Counted from the first letter of the stretch, positions 27,145-41,555 are shown. The stretch is DNA of 64,000 nt from Eledone cirrhosa (GCA_964016885.1 OZ024740.1:413788001-413852000); one strand, 5' to 3'. The notes: a model not told the origin generated them from the sequence alone. Translations and numbers: made by a program.

Positions 27145-30100
27145 TTCATCAGTCAACGCGATCAGTCGCATATTTTGGCGTGGGAGACTATTTATTAAAT
27201 TTAAGATGAATACTATCTCCGACAGTAATGCCACAACTACAGCCAGGTTGAATAACTGGTTATTCTTCTAACTATCTCTTCTGAAGACACCTTTTATTCG
27301 AATTCGTAGAGATATCCGACTAAATACATAATTCATTTTACAAGTATTTGCTACAAACAGCATGGCTGAACACAACATCAACAAGAACATTAAGGAAGTA
27401 TCGAAGACAAATAACAAAGAAGGTAATCAAACTTTATTCAGTTGTAGCTACAGAAGAAACCGAAATTATAAATCGCATTTCTCTTGGGGTTGCGAACTTA
27501 ATGATGATTTATTTAATTGTTATAAAATGGCAAAAAACAATCCCTCCATTGGCTATATGAATAGAATGGAGCTACACTGGGACGAAATGCACTCAGAGCT
27601 AAATTATTTCACAGCGAAACAATTACGCCAACAAGCGACGTTTGTTGAACGTAAAAATAAGATAAATATTATTAATTGTAAGTCCCCCACAACAAACATG
27701 GAATCAACAACACGTGCTACAGATCGCCATGCTACTAGACTTCCTAGCAGCCAGGTCGAACAGCGCCTTGAAACAATTATGCCTGTACCATCTAAGCCTA
27801 CCTCGAATGCTGGGGAAAACACTATCGATAATAATAATAATCGAAGAAATAATAATAATAATCGAATAAATGTGACACCACGTATACCATCCGAGTCTAC
27901 CTCGACTGTTGTGGAAAATACTATCGATAATGATAATCAAAAGTATAAACAATTGAAAATTTCCCTCAACGAAATCTTCCAGAGAGAAATTAACTCATGT
28001 ATAAATATCTCTCTGGCTGAACGTGTTAAAATGACAATGCTGAATAAAAAACCAAATAATGAAATACTACGTGTTATTGACGAAATAGGGGATGAATATT
28101 TACGACGGATAAAACCCCAACATTTTGGCAAATCAACGCCTGTTTATATGCCTTAGCAATGACAGTGAAGCATTATCTTGGTGATAGCAGAGATATTAAC
28201 AAGAACAAAACACCACCAAAAATACCATCATATATAACTAAAATAGAAAAAAAGACTGCTGACCTACGAAAAAACATAGGGCATGTGATAATGCTCCTTA
28301 CATGAAAACAAACACAAAATAACCTCACTCCTCACCAACAAAGAGTGAAAAATAAAATAGAGACGATGTTTGGTAACAGTAGAACCAGAACTCTCCAATA
28401 TAAGCTGATCACCCTCAAAGAAGAATTGAGAGCTGTTAGCGAAAAACTCCGATACCTGAAGAAGGTAGATGAGAGAAAAATGCTTAATAAAAGATTCAGA
28501 CGAAACCAAACATCAGTCTATAGAGATATGAAGGGCAAAATAATAAGTGTCACTGAGGCCCCATCCCAGAAAGACATAGATTCCTTTTGGAGAAAAATAT
28601 GGGGTGAAAAGAAGAATTTCAACCAAGATGCAGTGTGGCTAACAGAAATCCGAAATAACTATTGCTCCTACACTACAACAAAAACATACGAAATAAGTGT
28701 GGGTACCCTTGAGACTGTGATAGGAAAACTGCAAGATAAGAAAACACCAGCAAGAGACATGATTGTCGGCTACTGGTACAAAAAACTGATATTCTATCGG
28801 AGGTATCTTACTGACCTCTACCAACAAGTTCTTAAGGGAGATACACTTATACCAGAATGGTTGACATTAGCACAAACGTTACTGGTCCCCAAGAACAAAG
28901 ACACCCACTTGGCAAAAAACCACCGACCCATTGCATGCCAGAACCTGATGTATAAGATGTATACAGCCTCCCTCAGCCTATTCCTCCAAGATCACTGTGA
29001 AAGTAAGAACATCATCACAGATGAACAAGTAGCTGGAAGGAAAAGGGTTTGGGGATGTGCTGAACAACTCCTAATCAACAAAACTGCGATGTCGGAGGTG
29101 CGACAACTTAGGAGCAATATGACTACAGCCTGGCTGGACTACAAGAAAGCTTTCGATTCTGTTCCACACTCTTTGATGATAGAGGCCCTCCAACTTGCTA
29201 AAGTTCCAGACATTATTGTCAGAGCCATAGAGAGGCTGTCTTCTTCTTGGGCTACTATCCTAAGGTTAAAGACAGAGAGGGAGGACTCGATTTTCACTGA
29301 TAAAATAAAATATTGCAGGGGTATATTTCAGGGGGACAGTCTCTCTGTGATATTGTTCATCTTGTCATTAAATCCCTTGTCCTTTCTGCTCAAGAAATGT
29401 GAGGGCTACATCATTGGCTCACAGGAGGACAGAAATACGAACCTAACCCATAACTTCTTTGTGGACGATCTGAAACTCTATGCCAAGAACATGGATGGGA
29501 TGAAGACAAATCTTGACCTGGTTACAACGTTCTCAAAGGATGTAGGAATGGCGTTTGGCCAAGATAAATGCTCATACATGATAGTAAAGCGGGGAAAAAC
29601 AACAACCCAATCTAGCAACATTGTCATGAATGGTCTAGCTGTTTCACCGATATCTGATGAGGACTGCTGCAGATACCTGGAGATAGATGAGAACATATCC
29701 TATAATGGTATCTGTAATAAACAACGCGTAACCAGGGAATACTACAGCCATTAAGAAAGATCTTGTCATCGGAACTCTCTGCGCAAAATAAAACAGTGGC
29801 TGACAATGTGTTTGCCATGCCTGTCCTAACACCAACGTTTGGAGTACTCAATTGGACGATAGACGAAATCCGAGCAGTTGATGTTGGAACTCGAAAAGTA
29901 CTGAGCAACACCGGAGGCTTCCACATCAACAGTGGCATAGACCGCCTTTACTTGAAACGTAAGCAGGGAGGCAGAGGCCTAACATCAGTCCAGACAAGAT
30001 TTGAATGTCGCATCATATCTCTCCGACAACATCTACGAACCTCGAAGCGTAGGAGCCCGCTTCTCGAGCAAGTCTATCTGCATGAAACAGATAAGATCAT

Positions 30101-31262
30101 GAGAGTTGGGAAGGAACTCCTTGAGAGATATTCCCTGTGTGATAATCAAAAACTCACACCCAGGGATGTCGCTTAGCAGTATCGCAGTGAATCCATGGAT
30201 GAAAAACTGCATGCCTATCAGCAAAAAATCATGCATGGATATGTTGCCAGGAGGCTCCGGGGTGAGAGTAATATAGATAAGGAAAGTAGTCTATCTTGGA
30301 CCAACAACCGCTATATTGGCTCCCACGTTGAAGGATACGCTTTTGCAATCCAAGAACAGGAGATTAACACGAAATACCTGATTCACAAGGGAGATAGGGA
30401 TGCAGGAAAAACACCTAGATGTGATAACAAGTGCAGACTCTGCAGAACTAACATCGAGGATATCACCCATGTCATCAGCAGCTGCCCAAAGATGTCATCG
30501 CGGTGCTATCTGCCTATGGGGCATGATCTGGTGGCCAAAACACTGTACAATGCAGCTCGTAAAAAAAGATAGCCCCGATAATAAACACATTAAAAGCTAG
30601 AACAATGTGGAAGACATCCATGTACATAGTATGAAAGAGTGCTGTTGGAATGTTCCAGTGAAAACCCCAATAAAATGCAGGCATAACAGACCGGATGTTA
30701 TGATATGGGACAGGGAGAAGAAAACATGCACAGAAGTGGAAATTAGCTGCCCAGCAGATGCCAATATAATATCAAAGATTAGTGAAAAGGAAAATATTTT
30801 TGCAGAATTGATGAGAAATCTGCAGATACTCCACCCTGATTACACCTTCAGATATATGCCTGTGATTATTGGGGTAATGGAGTATGTTAGTAACTGCCTC
30901 AATACAAATCTTGAGAAGCTGGGCTTCACAGGAACAGAAAGAACACAACTAGTTAGGAAATTACAAGTACAATCCATTAATGGAACAGTAAAAATATGTA
31001 AAACATTCCAAAAATTTTGCATCTAATAACTGCATATACACATGTACAGATATAAATCATATACACATGCACACATACAACTCAAAACATCCACATCCAC
31101 ACATACAATAACATCCATATCTACATATGCATCTATGCAGACATACATACATATCTACCTAGTTGATGTTGTGTAAATTCCAATGAGAGAGTCTTGTGTC
31201 TATGTTAGAAACCGACTCTCTCTCTATTGGTAAAATTTTGTGAAATTATAAAACCAAAAGAA
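27145..31262 (+). mobile_element. R4/Dong-clade non-LTR retrotransposon, apparently full length (~4.1 kb) with a few stops/frameshifts (copy 3)
   Basis: N-terminal GYMNRMELHWDE..LRQQA, RT WLDYKKAFDSVPH / GIFQGDSLS / FVDDLKL, CRLC..THVISSC, NRPDVMIWD..VEISCP..EKEN; (CATA)n on both sides. Confidence 0.92.
28345..29754 (+). CDS. Reverse transcriptase domain of R4-type copy 3 (interrupted ORF)
   Basis: 469-aa ORF with non-LTR RT motifs. Confidence 0.85.
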   Translation: MKNKIETMFGNSRTRTLQYKLITLKEELRAVSEKLRYLKKVDERKMLNKRFRRNQTSVYRDMKGKIISVTEAPSQKDIDSFWRKIWGEKKNFNQDAVWLTEIRNNYCSYTTTKTYEISVGTLETVIGKLQDKKTPARDMIVGYWYKKLIFYRRYLTDLYQQVLKGDTLIPEWLTLAQTLLVPKNKDTHLAKNHRPIACQNLMYKMYTASLSLFLQDHCESKNIITDEQVAGRKRVWGCAEQLLINKTAMSEVRQLRSNMTTAWLDYKKAFDSVPHSLMIEALQLAKVPDIIVRAIERLSSSWATILRLKTEREDSIFTDKIKYCRGIFQGDSLSVILFILSLNPLSFLLKKCEGYIIGSQEDRNTNLTHNFFVDDLKLYAKNMDGMKTNLDLVTTFSKDVGMAFGQDKCSYMIVKRGKTTTQSSNIVMNGLAVSPISDEDCCRYLEIDENISYNGICNKQRVTREYYSH

Positions 31263-33429
31263 CATACATACATATATGTATTTGTGTTCGTGTATATGCA
31301 CGAGCACATATACCCTCATACATATATGTAATTTTGTCTCTTGCTCTTCCATGTTCATATTTTGCTGGAGTTTACTTTGAAGAATATCCCTCTGGTGTCA
31401 ACAAATAACTATCATTCTCTACGCTGACGCTGATTCACTCGACAACGCGTCTTCCTCACTAAAGTTCCGGCTGTGCATCAAGGTAGAAAATCAATTTTAT
31501 AGTAAATACGGTAAAGAAGTGTAATATGCATACAAATATGATTAAAGAACCGAGCGCATATATACACAGAAGTACGCGTCAGCAAACAGAGTTACTCTCA
31601 CACATAATTGCCGAAATACTAATACACCAAAATGTAACATTAAAAATAAGCAACCAATTTTACACCAGAAAAATCTTTAAATTATACATAAAAGACCAAG
31701 AATCTCTTGGAAAATATCAATAATTGACAACTGAAAATCTACTGAGAGATGTTTATTTAATAGAGGTTATAAATCTATAACTAAGTAGATTAAGAATGTA
31801 ACAAAATTTGAAGTTTTAAGTAATTTGCAGGTCTCCAAGTAGATTTATTTTGGGGAAATTTTATAAATAGGATAATTCTTAATGTTTTAGTCTAAAGCAA
31901 TAATATGTTATTGAAATAGTTGTGCTGTCAATTATTTCCGAATTTTAGTAAGCAGCACGTAACTATTATACATTAAAATACTGTTGAAAATTGAGGTTTA
32001 GCATATCGCAGCCTAGGAACGAACCCATGTCCCTGTGTTTGTGTTAGTATAGTAAGCATTAGCAAAAATAAACTGTGAGACTAACCTTGACGTACGTGTT
32101 AGGAAATCCAATTCTGCTATGTACTAGACACATAGTCAACTTGTAGTAGATGATATTTCCTCAAAGATATTGAGGTGCGATAGAGACCGAATTACTGGAG
32201 AAACGCATTCTCGTTTCTTGTTAAGCTGCCTATACACCAAGCCATCAACTCTTTTAAAAAACAACCATAACTTTAAAACCATAGCAACGTCGGAGAGAAT
32301 ACTTATCTGCAAAAGCTATATATCTCAGTAGAGGCTATATCTGTTGAGGGTAAATGTCATATATGATATATATGTGGGAGGAAAATATATGAAAAGTTTA
32401 GACATTCTTCATGAAATATGTGCCAATGGAGTAAAGGCAACGCTTAGTTTTTCAGGGCGTGTTGGACAAGAGATAATGAGAATGTGTGGCAGAAGATACG
32501 ACTAGTAGTATAGTGCAGTAGGAAGTAGTGCATTAAGATATCAAATTATCTTCAAACATGAGTTTTTGTCTGAATATTCGCAGCAAGTAGATGTTTTAAA
32601 ATCCATCTTTGCACAAGGTGGTGCTGTTAAACTAGATAAAATATTAGCATAACCAGCCATGTTCAGGTGCACTTCAGCCGGCATGGTTAAAGATGTTGAT
32701 ATATGAAGAACACTGGGGTTGTTTCTAGATGTCATAAGCATTAAGGTGAACGTCACTAACGTAAAATTAAAATTTCATTGCAGTTATTTTGAATTACAAT
32801 TTCATTGCAGTTATTTTCATAAAAAGAAAAAGAAAATATAATCGAAATGTTTTATTATCTCTTTTATAATGAGGTTTGACAGTCTTGCATTGGAAGAAAA
32901 TACTAATGTTTATCAGAAATTATATATTACGTAACAACCGTACAGAATGAATGAGTGATATAATAATTTTCTAAGTGATTCACCACTAAACATTCCAATG
33001 AATTGCATACCAAAAATTCATTTTTCTATTTCAAAATTCTAGTTACATTCCGCTATTTTAATGATCGTGAAACTTGAATTTATGACAACAATTTTTCATA
33101 AATTACAGTATGAATTACGAAACAAGGGTCTTGTCAATGACGGTTATGAATTTTTTCTGTTCTTTACGAACCATTTTTCGCTTGTTTTCCACCTGTCTCT
33201 CTCTCTGTAAATTTTAGTGCAATAACCAATGGGAATTATTTAGTGGCAGGAATGTAAGCAACTAAATATATTTTGAAACATTTCCAGTATGCTACGGTAA
33301 GATATCATTCCGTTTTCAATTACCGATAAACCCCAATCAAATATATCTACACCTGTCCCAGACCCAGACACTTAAGGATGAGATTAACAATCTCATAACC
33401 ATCTCTTAAACATGATTATGCAGCTGTGG

Positions 33430-33625
33430 GGCGGTGGTGGGTTGGCAGTATCGGTAGAGGGTCGGACGCTATGCTTTGCAGCAGAGAGTTACGGCCCTTT
33501 CCTGTCTGAGTTCAAATCCCGCTCAGGTTAACTCTGCCTTTCATCCTTACGGGGTGGATAAAATAAAGTCCCAGTAATACACTGGGATAATTGCTGGACT
33601 TGTGCCAAAAATAGAAACAATTACT
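33430..33625 (+). mobile_element. tRNA-derived SINE with target-site duplication tatgcagctg
   Basis: Same family as 10176; tatgcagctg on both flanks. Confidence 0.88.
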
Positions 33626-33900
33626 ATGCAGCTGAGTAAATATAGAATCATATTTATATTGTGACAGTATGATATGCATGATACATTATGGCGACGTAGA
33701 GATGATTTACATTATGAAAAACGAAACAATAAGCGAGAAATTGCAGCTAAATACTAATAAAATATCAATGTCCCATCTTTAATAAAGAAGGAGACATTGG
33801 AAAACGTATTATATGATGGAATACTTTAGAAGAAACGTCAATTTTTTCATAGTTGATGTTGGGCTAAATATTATTGAATATGTTTCAATTGCTATATAAT

Positions 33901-34087
33901 TGTTTCTACTTTTGGCACAAAGCCAGCAATTATACCAGTGTATTACTGGTACTTTATTTTATCGACCCCGTAAGGATAAAAGGCAAAGTTAATCTGGGCG
34001 GGATTTGAACTCAGACAATAAAGAGCCGTAGCTCTTTGCTGCAAAGCATGACGTTCGACCCTCTACCGATACTGCCAATCCACCGCC
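33901..34087 (-). mobile_element. tRNA-derived SINE with 15-bp target-site duplication
   Basis: caattgctatataat at 33886-33900 and 34088-34102. Confidence 0.9.
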
Positions 34088-34392
34088 CAATTGCTATATA
34101 ATGCCTTCTCGAAAGTAATGAATGTCACGACACGTCACTATATAACAAGTTTTAAAACATCATAAACACTTGATATGCAAAGTTAATGATATATTTCCAG
34201 TCACTTGTAAACACACAATACTAATCATATAAGTGGCGGGATTATACCAACATGAGCAACCATTTGATTATATGAACATCATATGATGTTTCTGCCTGGT
34301 TCATTTTATGGAGTTCTGAAGGGAGATTTATTTAACTCACTAAAGGATTTGAAATATATGTACATGCCTTTTTCAAATATATTATATTGAAG

Positions 34393-34975
34393 AGCAGTGG
34401 ATTGGCAGTATTGGTAGAGGGTCAGACATGCTTTCCAGCGTAGTTACGTCCCTTTACGATCTGAGTTCAAATCCCGCCGAGGTTAACTTTGCTTTTCCTC
34501 CTTACGGGGTCGATAAAATAAAGTACCTGTAATACACTGGGTTATTGCTGGCCTTGTGCCGAAAGTAGAAACAATTATCGGTAGAGGGTCGGACGCCATG
34601 CTTTGACGCATAGAGTTACGGCCCTTGTCATTCTGAGTTCAAATCCCGCCGAGGTTAACTTTGCTTTCATCCTTACAGGGTCGATAAAATAAAGTACCAG
34701 TAATGTACTGGGATAAGTGCTGGCCTAGTGCCAAAAGTAGAAACAATTATATTGAAGAGCAGTGGATTAGCAGTATCGGTAGAGAGTCGGACACCATGCT
34801 TCGCAACATAGAGTTACGGCCCTTTGCGGTCTGATTTCAAATCCCACCGAGGTTAACTTTGCCTTTCATCCTTACGGAGTCGATAAAATAAGGACCAGTA
34901 ACGTACTGAGATCGATTCAATCGACTTCCCCTCCCCCCAAATTACTGGCCTAGTGCCTATGCTAGAAATCATTAT
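34393..34975 (+). mobile_element. Three tandem tRNA-derived SINEs
   Basis: Units at ~34393, ~34577 and ~34759; attatattgaag recurs at ~34381, ~34746 and ~34971. Confidence 0.88.
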
Positions 34976-35329
34976 ATTGAAGGCAGAATTATGCTCAACG
35001 TTAATCGTTTATATTAATGTATTTTTATATAATCACTTATCTCTTACTTATGTTTGATTTGGAACGATATAGTTCCTTTAATTTACGTTTCGGGACATTA
35101 ACAGCATCGCACCAGAATAAAATGGCAGCATAAGCGGCATATTGCTCATCTACTTTGAAGTGGTTGCAAAGGATTGGTATGAAAACTAAGGCGGCCTCAT
35201 TTTAAATCATTCAACAATCGAGGAATGGCAGTTTTGATAATTATTTCTGTCCCTTTCCCTATATGTGTTGTAGGTGGATTGTAAGATCTCACCGTTTCTC
35301 AATTGTTTAAGGGCTTCGGCTATTTTTAA

Positions 35330-36555
35330 ATCAAAAATATTTTACAAGTCAAAATAATCGCCTTCATTTGCGATTACCGTCAGTCATAATTTAGGAAGGC
35401 ACATGAAGACACCTGACTTCAATTCAAAGAGGTCAGGTCCATCAGCCACTGATTTAACTAGTCTTTATTGGTGAAATTCTTTGACTGCATTACATTGCTC
35501 ACTGAGACAAAAATAGGATATTCTGTAGGCGCGAGAATAAGCAAATACGGCGAGTTGGGCAGAACCTCGCAACCTAGATCCAGTAGCTTCATGGGTCATC
35601 TTTGAGGTATGTAGCCGAGCGTTATCATGAAAGAATATAATAGGAGCATAGTGTGGGCGAACCTGTGCAATTTTCACCGCGAATCTGTCAAGTTGTTGGC
35701 AATAGACGTCATATGTTTTTCTGGTGTTCGGTCGGAACAGCTGATTGTGAATGACACCTTTTTAGTCCCACAAACTCTGAGTAGTGTCTTGTGAAAGTGG
35801 ATGCCAGCTTTTGCTTGCCAGTGTGGCGCATTCGCTTTATCAGCCTACGATTGCTTGCGCTTGACATTAATGTAGAGACACCATTTTTCGTCACCAGCGA
35901 TAAGAGAATATAACCAGTTGGATGTGCGATAGTAGGAGAGCAAAGAACTCGTAGCTGATATTCGTGTCTATGGTCAGACAGATTGTGGGGCATCTATTGG
36001 TCCAGCTAGGACACCTTCAGAGAGAAGATTGAATGTCTGATATTAGACGGATTTCACCAGCTCTCGCAGTTGCTCGTCGTTAATGTCGGATGGGTGTCAT
36101 GCACGAAGGCGATCTTTAAAGCTGTAATCACCTGAACGGAAGCGTGCAAACCAGTCCATGACATAGGGTTCTGACATGGTGTGTGACTCAAATGTATTGT
36201 TAATGCGACATCTCAATGCTGCTGCACATGGACCAGTTTTGAAACCATTAATTAAACAGTAATTAATGGCTTCAAATCTTGCCGAGGTTAACTTTACGGG
36301 GTCGATAAAATGAAGTACCAGTAATGCACTTGGTAATTGCTGGCCTTGTGCCAAAAGTAGAAACAATTAATTAAACAGTAACGATAAACGATGTTGCTTC
36401 GACTTTGATGGTGTAACAGAATATGAGAAATGCACATAGCGCATACTAACATCACTTCATATATGTGCGTATGTGCAACATTCGAAATTACCTGATAACT
36501 CTACCAAAATACCTCCTTTTGAAAAATGGTGGGAACATTCTGTACAATCCAATAT
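35330..36555 (-). mobile_element. Decayed mariner DNA transposon interrupted by a SINE fragment
   Basis: DWFARFRSGDYSFKD, PHNLS, FFHDNARLHTS motifs; TIR-like tattggattgtacagaatgttcccaccatttt at ~36523-36555. Confidence 0.8.
36270..36365 (+). mobile_element. 5'-truncated SINE inserted in mariner, 16-bp target-site duplication
   Basis: attaattaaacagtaa at 36247-36262 and 36366-36381. Confidence 0.85.
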
Positions 36556-37288
36556 ATATGTATATATGTATCTATGTAGGTACGTATGCATGTACGTACG
36601 CATGTATGTATTGTATATGTATGTATGCATGCATGTATGTGTGTATGTATTATGTATGAATGTATTCATGTATGTGTGTGTATGCATGTATGTATGTAGG
36701 TATGTATGGATGGATGTATGTATGGATGGATGTTTTGGCCAAATTTTCGCATGCTGATTCCGAATTCCGATTAAACAAGAGAAAAACCGAGAGGATATTT
36801 ACAAAGATATATAAATATGAATAGTCAGCAATACCTCGAGATATAATTGGCCGCTGAAAAGTTGCTAGAAATATATATATTGTTTATTTGATTTGATGCA
36901 TGGTAGAAACATTGTATATTATACATTTAAAAAGGTATAAAACTTGTAAGAATAAATATCGAGCAAAAAGAAGGATGATAGACCAAAAACAAATATTATT
37001 CGTTTGTTTCTTCATTGAATATGTGTTAAATATAGGAAGATACAATCTATCATTTGTTTTTAACTTCCACATAGTTGTATTCATATTCGATAAGATTATT
37101 GTTCATGCTGTTAACCTGTAGCCTGAGAATAGATCCATTCTATGGCTATGATGTAACATTGTTTTCAATGAAGTGAAAATCGGGCAAAAATGTTCTCGCG
37201 CATTCCAGTACACTTGAAAGTTTCATTGATAATTTCTTCCATCACATAATATAAACATTATCTATCTAACATTCACATACTCCCTCTT

Positions 37289-37289
<1 letters not shown>

Positions 37290-37324
<35 letters not shown>

Positions 37325-37357
37325 CATCTCTCTCTCTATCTATCTATCACTATCTCA

Positions 37358-37389
<32 letters not shown>

Positions 37390-37690
37390 TTATGTACATA
37401 TATGTATATATATATATGTAAATATATATATATACATATATATATAGATATACATATATATGTATGTGTATATATATATATACATATATATGTGTGTGTA
37501 TATATATAAGGATATTGCAGTTTTCTCGTCTGTGCCAGTCTCACTCTCTTTTTTTCTAATATTATAAAGCAATGATTTTATTTCAGTTTGTTTATTGGTT
37601 TCAATACTTATTCATTTTTACATGTTATTCTAACAGATTATCGATTCCATCATACATGATTTTCCTCGCAATCACTCTCACCCTCTCTTT

Positions 37691-37789
<99 letters not shown>

Positions 37790-37803
37790 ATATGTATATA
37801 TAT

Positions 37804-37837
<34 letters not shown>

Positions 37838-37875
37838 ATATATATACATATATATATATATATATAATATATATA

Positions 37876-37944
<69 letters not shown>

Positions 37945-37951
37945 ATATATA

Positions 37952-38025
<74 letters not shown>

Positions 38026-38074
38026 ATATATATGTATATGTATTATATATATATATATATGTATATATATTATA

Positions 38075-38165
<91 letters not shown>
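37290..38165. repeat. (TC)n and long (TA)n microsatellites
   Basis: Direct inspection. Confidence 0.9.
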
Positions 38166-38168
<3 letters not shown>

Positions 38169-38740
38169 TGTGTACAGATGTGGGTGCGAGCAGATATGTG
38201 TGTGTTCAGAGTGCGTGAAATTTTATGTGTGAAGATACCATTTTAAGATTACACAACCTATCCACATAAACAAAGGATGTTTGTCGATAGATGAAGCAGT
38301 AAATTTTAAACTCCCAATATTCAGTTTGATCCGAAACACATCATAAAACAAGATCGTAAATTTGCTGCATTTTAAGCAGCATGGAAAACTAGTAAACTAC
38401 AGTTAATGTCATCAACAAACACAGATCATGAGGTGAATAGTCTATAATGCATTATTTGTTTTTGTTGGTGTTGTTGCTGTTGTTTAATTAACCACAGGTC
38501 AGCATCGATTGTGTTAACCTATTTTCTATTGTGTTCAGAACAAAATTGTTATTATTCATAAAGGAATAATATATTTAGCATAACCCATCATGGAGTGACC
38601 AGAATTATAATCAAATGTATTTAAGTTAGCCGTTGGAGTTACAACATCAATTACTAATTACTTACAATTCTACAATGTAGAAATAACAGCCAAGTACCAC
38701 AAAATATATATATATATATTTATTAAAATAACAGATTAAA

Positions 38741-38814
<74 letters not shown>

Positions 38815-38974
38815 AGTTAATATAAATTAATATATGATAAACACAAAAGTGTTTGTATTGCAAAAGACGAAGTTAGCTAGAATGAAATAAACTAATTCAA
38901 ATAAAATATAGTTTGCCTGTCTCGATTTAAAATAATAAATCAATAAAAACAAACCCATATTGGCAAATAGCCGT

Positions 38975-39110
38975 GATACCTGGACAAATTTAAATTTCAA
39001 AATCCAAACCTGTTTCGCAGACAAATTTGAAGTTCAAAACCCAAATAAGTTTCGCAATGATAGTATAAAAAGTGAAATATTCCAATTTTCTGTGCTTCTC
39101 AACAGGTATC
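38975..39110 (-). ncRNA. Variant (U3:A8) hammerhead ribozyme, inverted copy
   Basis: Reverse complement of 39568-39703 with core and stems retained. Confidence 0.7.
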
Positions 39111-39567
39111 CAGAAAAATTAGGATGTTTCACCTCTAAATAATTTAGAAGGTCTGGTTCACTAGCGCAAACGCACGAGGTTTTGCACGAGGTTTTCCAGC
39201 TCACTAGCTATATTTTATTTGAATTAGTTTATTTCATTCTAGCTAACTTCATCTTTTGCAATACAAACACTTTTGTGTTTATCATATATTAATTTATATT
39301 AACTTGTATTTCTCGGCTCAGAAATTCTTCTTTCTTGAGCTAATTAATTGTAAAGGACTGTTTGAGTTTATAACTCTGAATATAATATAATATTACGGCT
39401 CCTTTTTGTTGAGCTAATTTTTAATCCCATATAAACGGCTGTTATTTCTAGCGCCATAAATATGAGATAGCTAGTGAGCAGGAAAACCTCGTGCAAAACC
39501 TCGTACGTTTGCGCTAGTGAACCAGACCTTCTAAATTATTTAGAGGTGAAGCATCCTAATTTTTCTG

Positions 39568-39703
39568 GATACCTGTTGAGAAGCACAGAAAATTGGAATA
39601 TTTCACTTTTTATACTATCGTTGCGAAACTTATTTGGGTTTTGAAATTCAAATTTGTCTGCGGAACAGGTTTGGATTTTGAAATTTAAATTTGTCCAGGT
39701 ATC
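39568..39703 (+). ncRNA. Variant (U3:A8) type I hammerhead ribozyme with extended stem III
   Basis: GATACCTG/CAGGTATC stem I, core TTGAGAA, GCA/TGC stem II, GAAAC, 26-bp stem 39632-39657/39665-39690, GUC site at 39693-39695. Confidence 0.72.
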
Positions 39704-39944
39704 ACAGCTATTTGCCAACATGGGTTTGTTTTTATTGATTTATTATTTTAAATCGAGACAGGCAAACTATATTTTATTTGAATTAGTTTATTTCATTCTA
39801 GCTAACTTCGTCGTTTGCAATACAAACACTTTTGTGTTTATCATATATTAATTTATATTAACTTGTATTTCTCGGCTCAGAAATGCTTCTTTCTTTGAGC
39901 TAATTAATTGTAAAGGACTGTTTGAGTTTATAACTCTGAATATA

Positions 39945-40063
<119 letters not shown>

Positions 40064-40100
40064 AGTTCCAGAACAGTTAGTTCAGTTCGGTCTGAATCAG

Positions 40101-40143
40101 ACCGAACTGAGGATCTGCATAAGGTGAAACATTTGTTCTCGGT
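40101..40143 (+). ncRNA. Minimal hammerhead in a short pseudo-LTR (40058-40240) with inverted 5' end
   Basis: accgaa-CTGAGGA-tctgcataaggt-GAAAC-attt-GTT-ctcggt; CTGAGTGCTCT downstream at 40194. Confidence 0.65.
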
Positions 40144-40871
40144 ATGGTGAACTAACTGTTGTGGAACTGCTTCTACCTAACTCGTGCCATGGACTGAGTG
40201 CTCTACCACTACGGATATAACTCTCCAGTGTTCTAATATTATATATATATATAAATGTAGGGTATCAAAACATATATTATATATGAATGATGTGCTTCTG
40301 AGTAGAAAGCTCAGTGGACACCTGTCTTGTCAATCAATAATGAAAATTTAGAGAGGGGGGTGGGGGGGGGGGGCATATATCTCATGGGAAACACAGTATT
40401 CTGTACACATACAAAAAGCACATATTTAAGAAAGATGCTTACTTTAAGATGGAAAAGATTCTTATTTCCTTGTAGCGCTATTTCAAGTTTCTAAGAACCA
40501 CAACTTAAAATTGATCTAAGCGATCGATCATCGATCACCAACTATTGAGTTTGGTAAAGTTATCGGAGATGCGAATCAAGCATCAGAGGAAATTCGCCAA
40601 TTAAATAAATTTGCAATATTGAACAAAATACTTATCTATATCAATCAGAATCTACTAGTTACTCCAACACGACAGACAGTGTGGTGCAATAACGTTTAAC
40701 CTATGGTGGCAGATACAGACAAAATTTGACGTCATTCCCGCTAGAAAGATGTGTGAAATATTAGTCACAGTTTGATCAGCTTAACAAATAAAGAATTTGG
40801 AACTGTTATATACAAATTTAAGGTATTAAAACATATGTATTATGTATGATATATACATGATGTATATACAT

Positions 40872-40955
<84 letters not shown>

Positions 40956-41480
40956 GGAGAGAAAGAGCAATATAATTTTTGAGAAACACAGTATTCTGGA
41001 CAAAAAGCACATAATATGGACATTACACGTAGTTATAAAACACTCACAAAATTCGCTAATAACACTATAACCTATTGAGTAGGTAGTTCGAACAATTGGG
41101 ACATATATTTATTGAATATTAATCTACAGTTCGAAATTTCAATGCACGTATATTTTATTACTATGGAAACAAATGACTTACAAATGGGGCATAGAAGCCG
41201 CTGGACCATTACAAGACGACAGCATCTCCTGTGGGACTCGCACCTTATGCCAGAGGGCTGTGCTATCTGATGCACAAAGGTGAGGCTGCAGCTGATAACA
41301 CAGGCTGCAACTGAGTCTCAAGGGCGACGCTGTCAACTTTTTTCCACCAAGGGGCTTTTCATAGTCAAGATATTAAGTGCGTTGAAACGTTCTGACTCTC
41401 GGTTAATTTTGTACACACACACGGATATGTACACACACACACAGACACACACAGACACACACACGCAAACACACACACAT

Positions 41481-41555
<75 letters not shown>

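Noticed and set aside
27271-27315. tatctctt-CTGAAGA...GAATTCGTA-gagata in the R4-type 5' region as a hammerhead
   Set aside because: GAAA is GAAT, stem II does not pair and stem I is out of register; likely chance
32541-32756. 71-aa ORF in non-repetitive sequence
   Set aside because: No recognisable motif, stops in extended frames and no convincing splice pair
38827-39851. Duplicated 60-65-aa ORFs in the inverted repeat
   Set aside because: Duplicated only because of the repeat; non-ATG starts; G-U-biased pairing favours an RNA structural role
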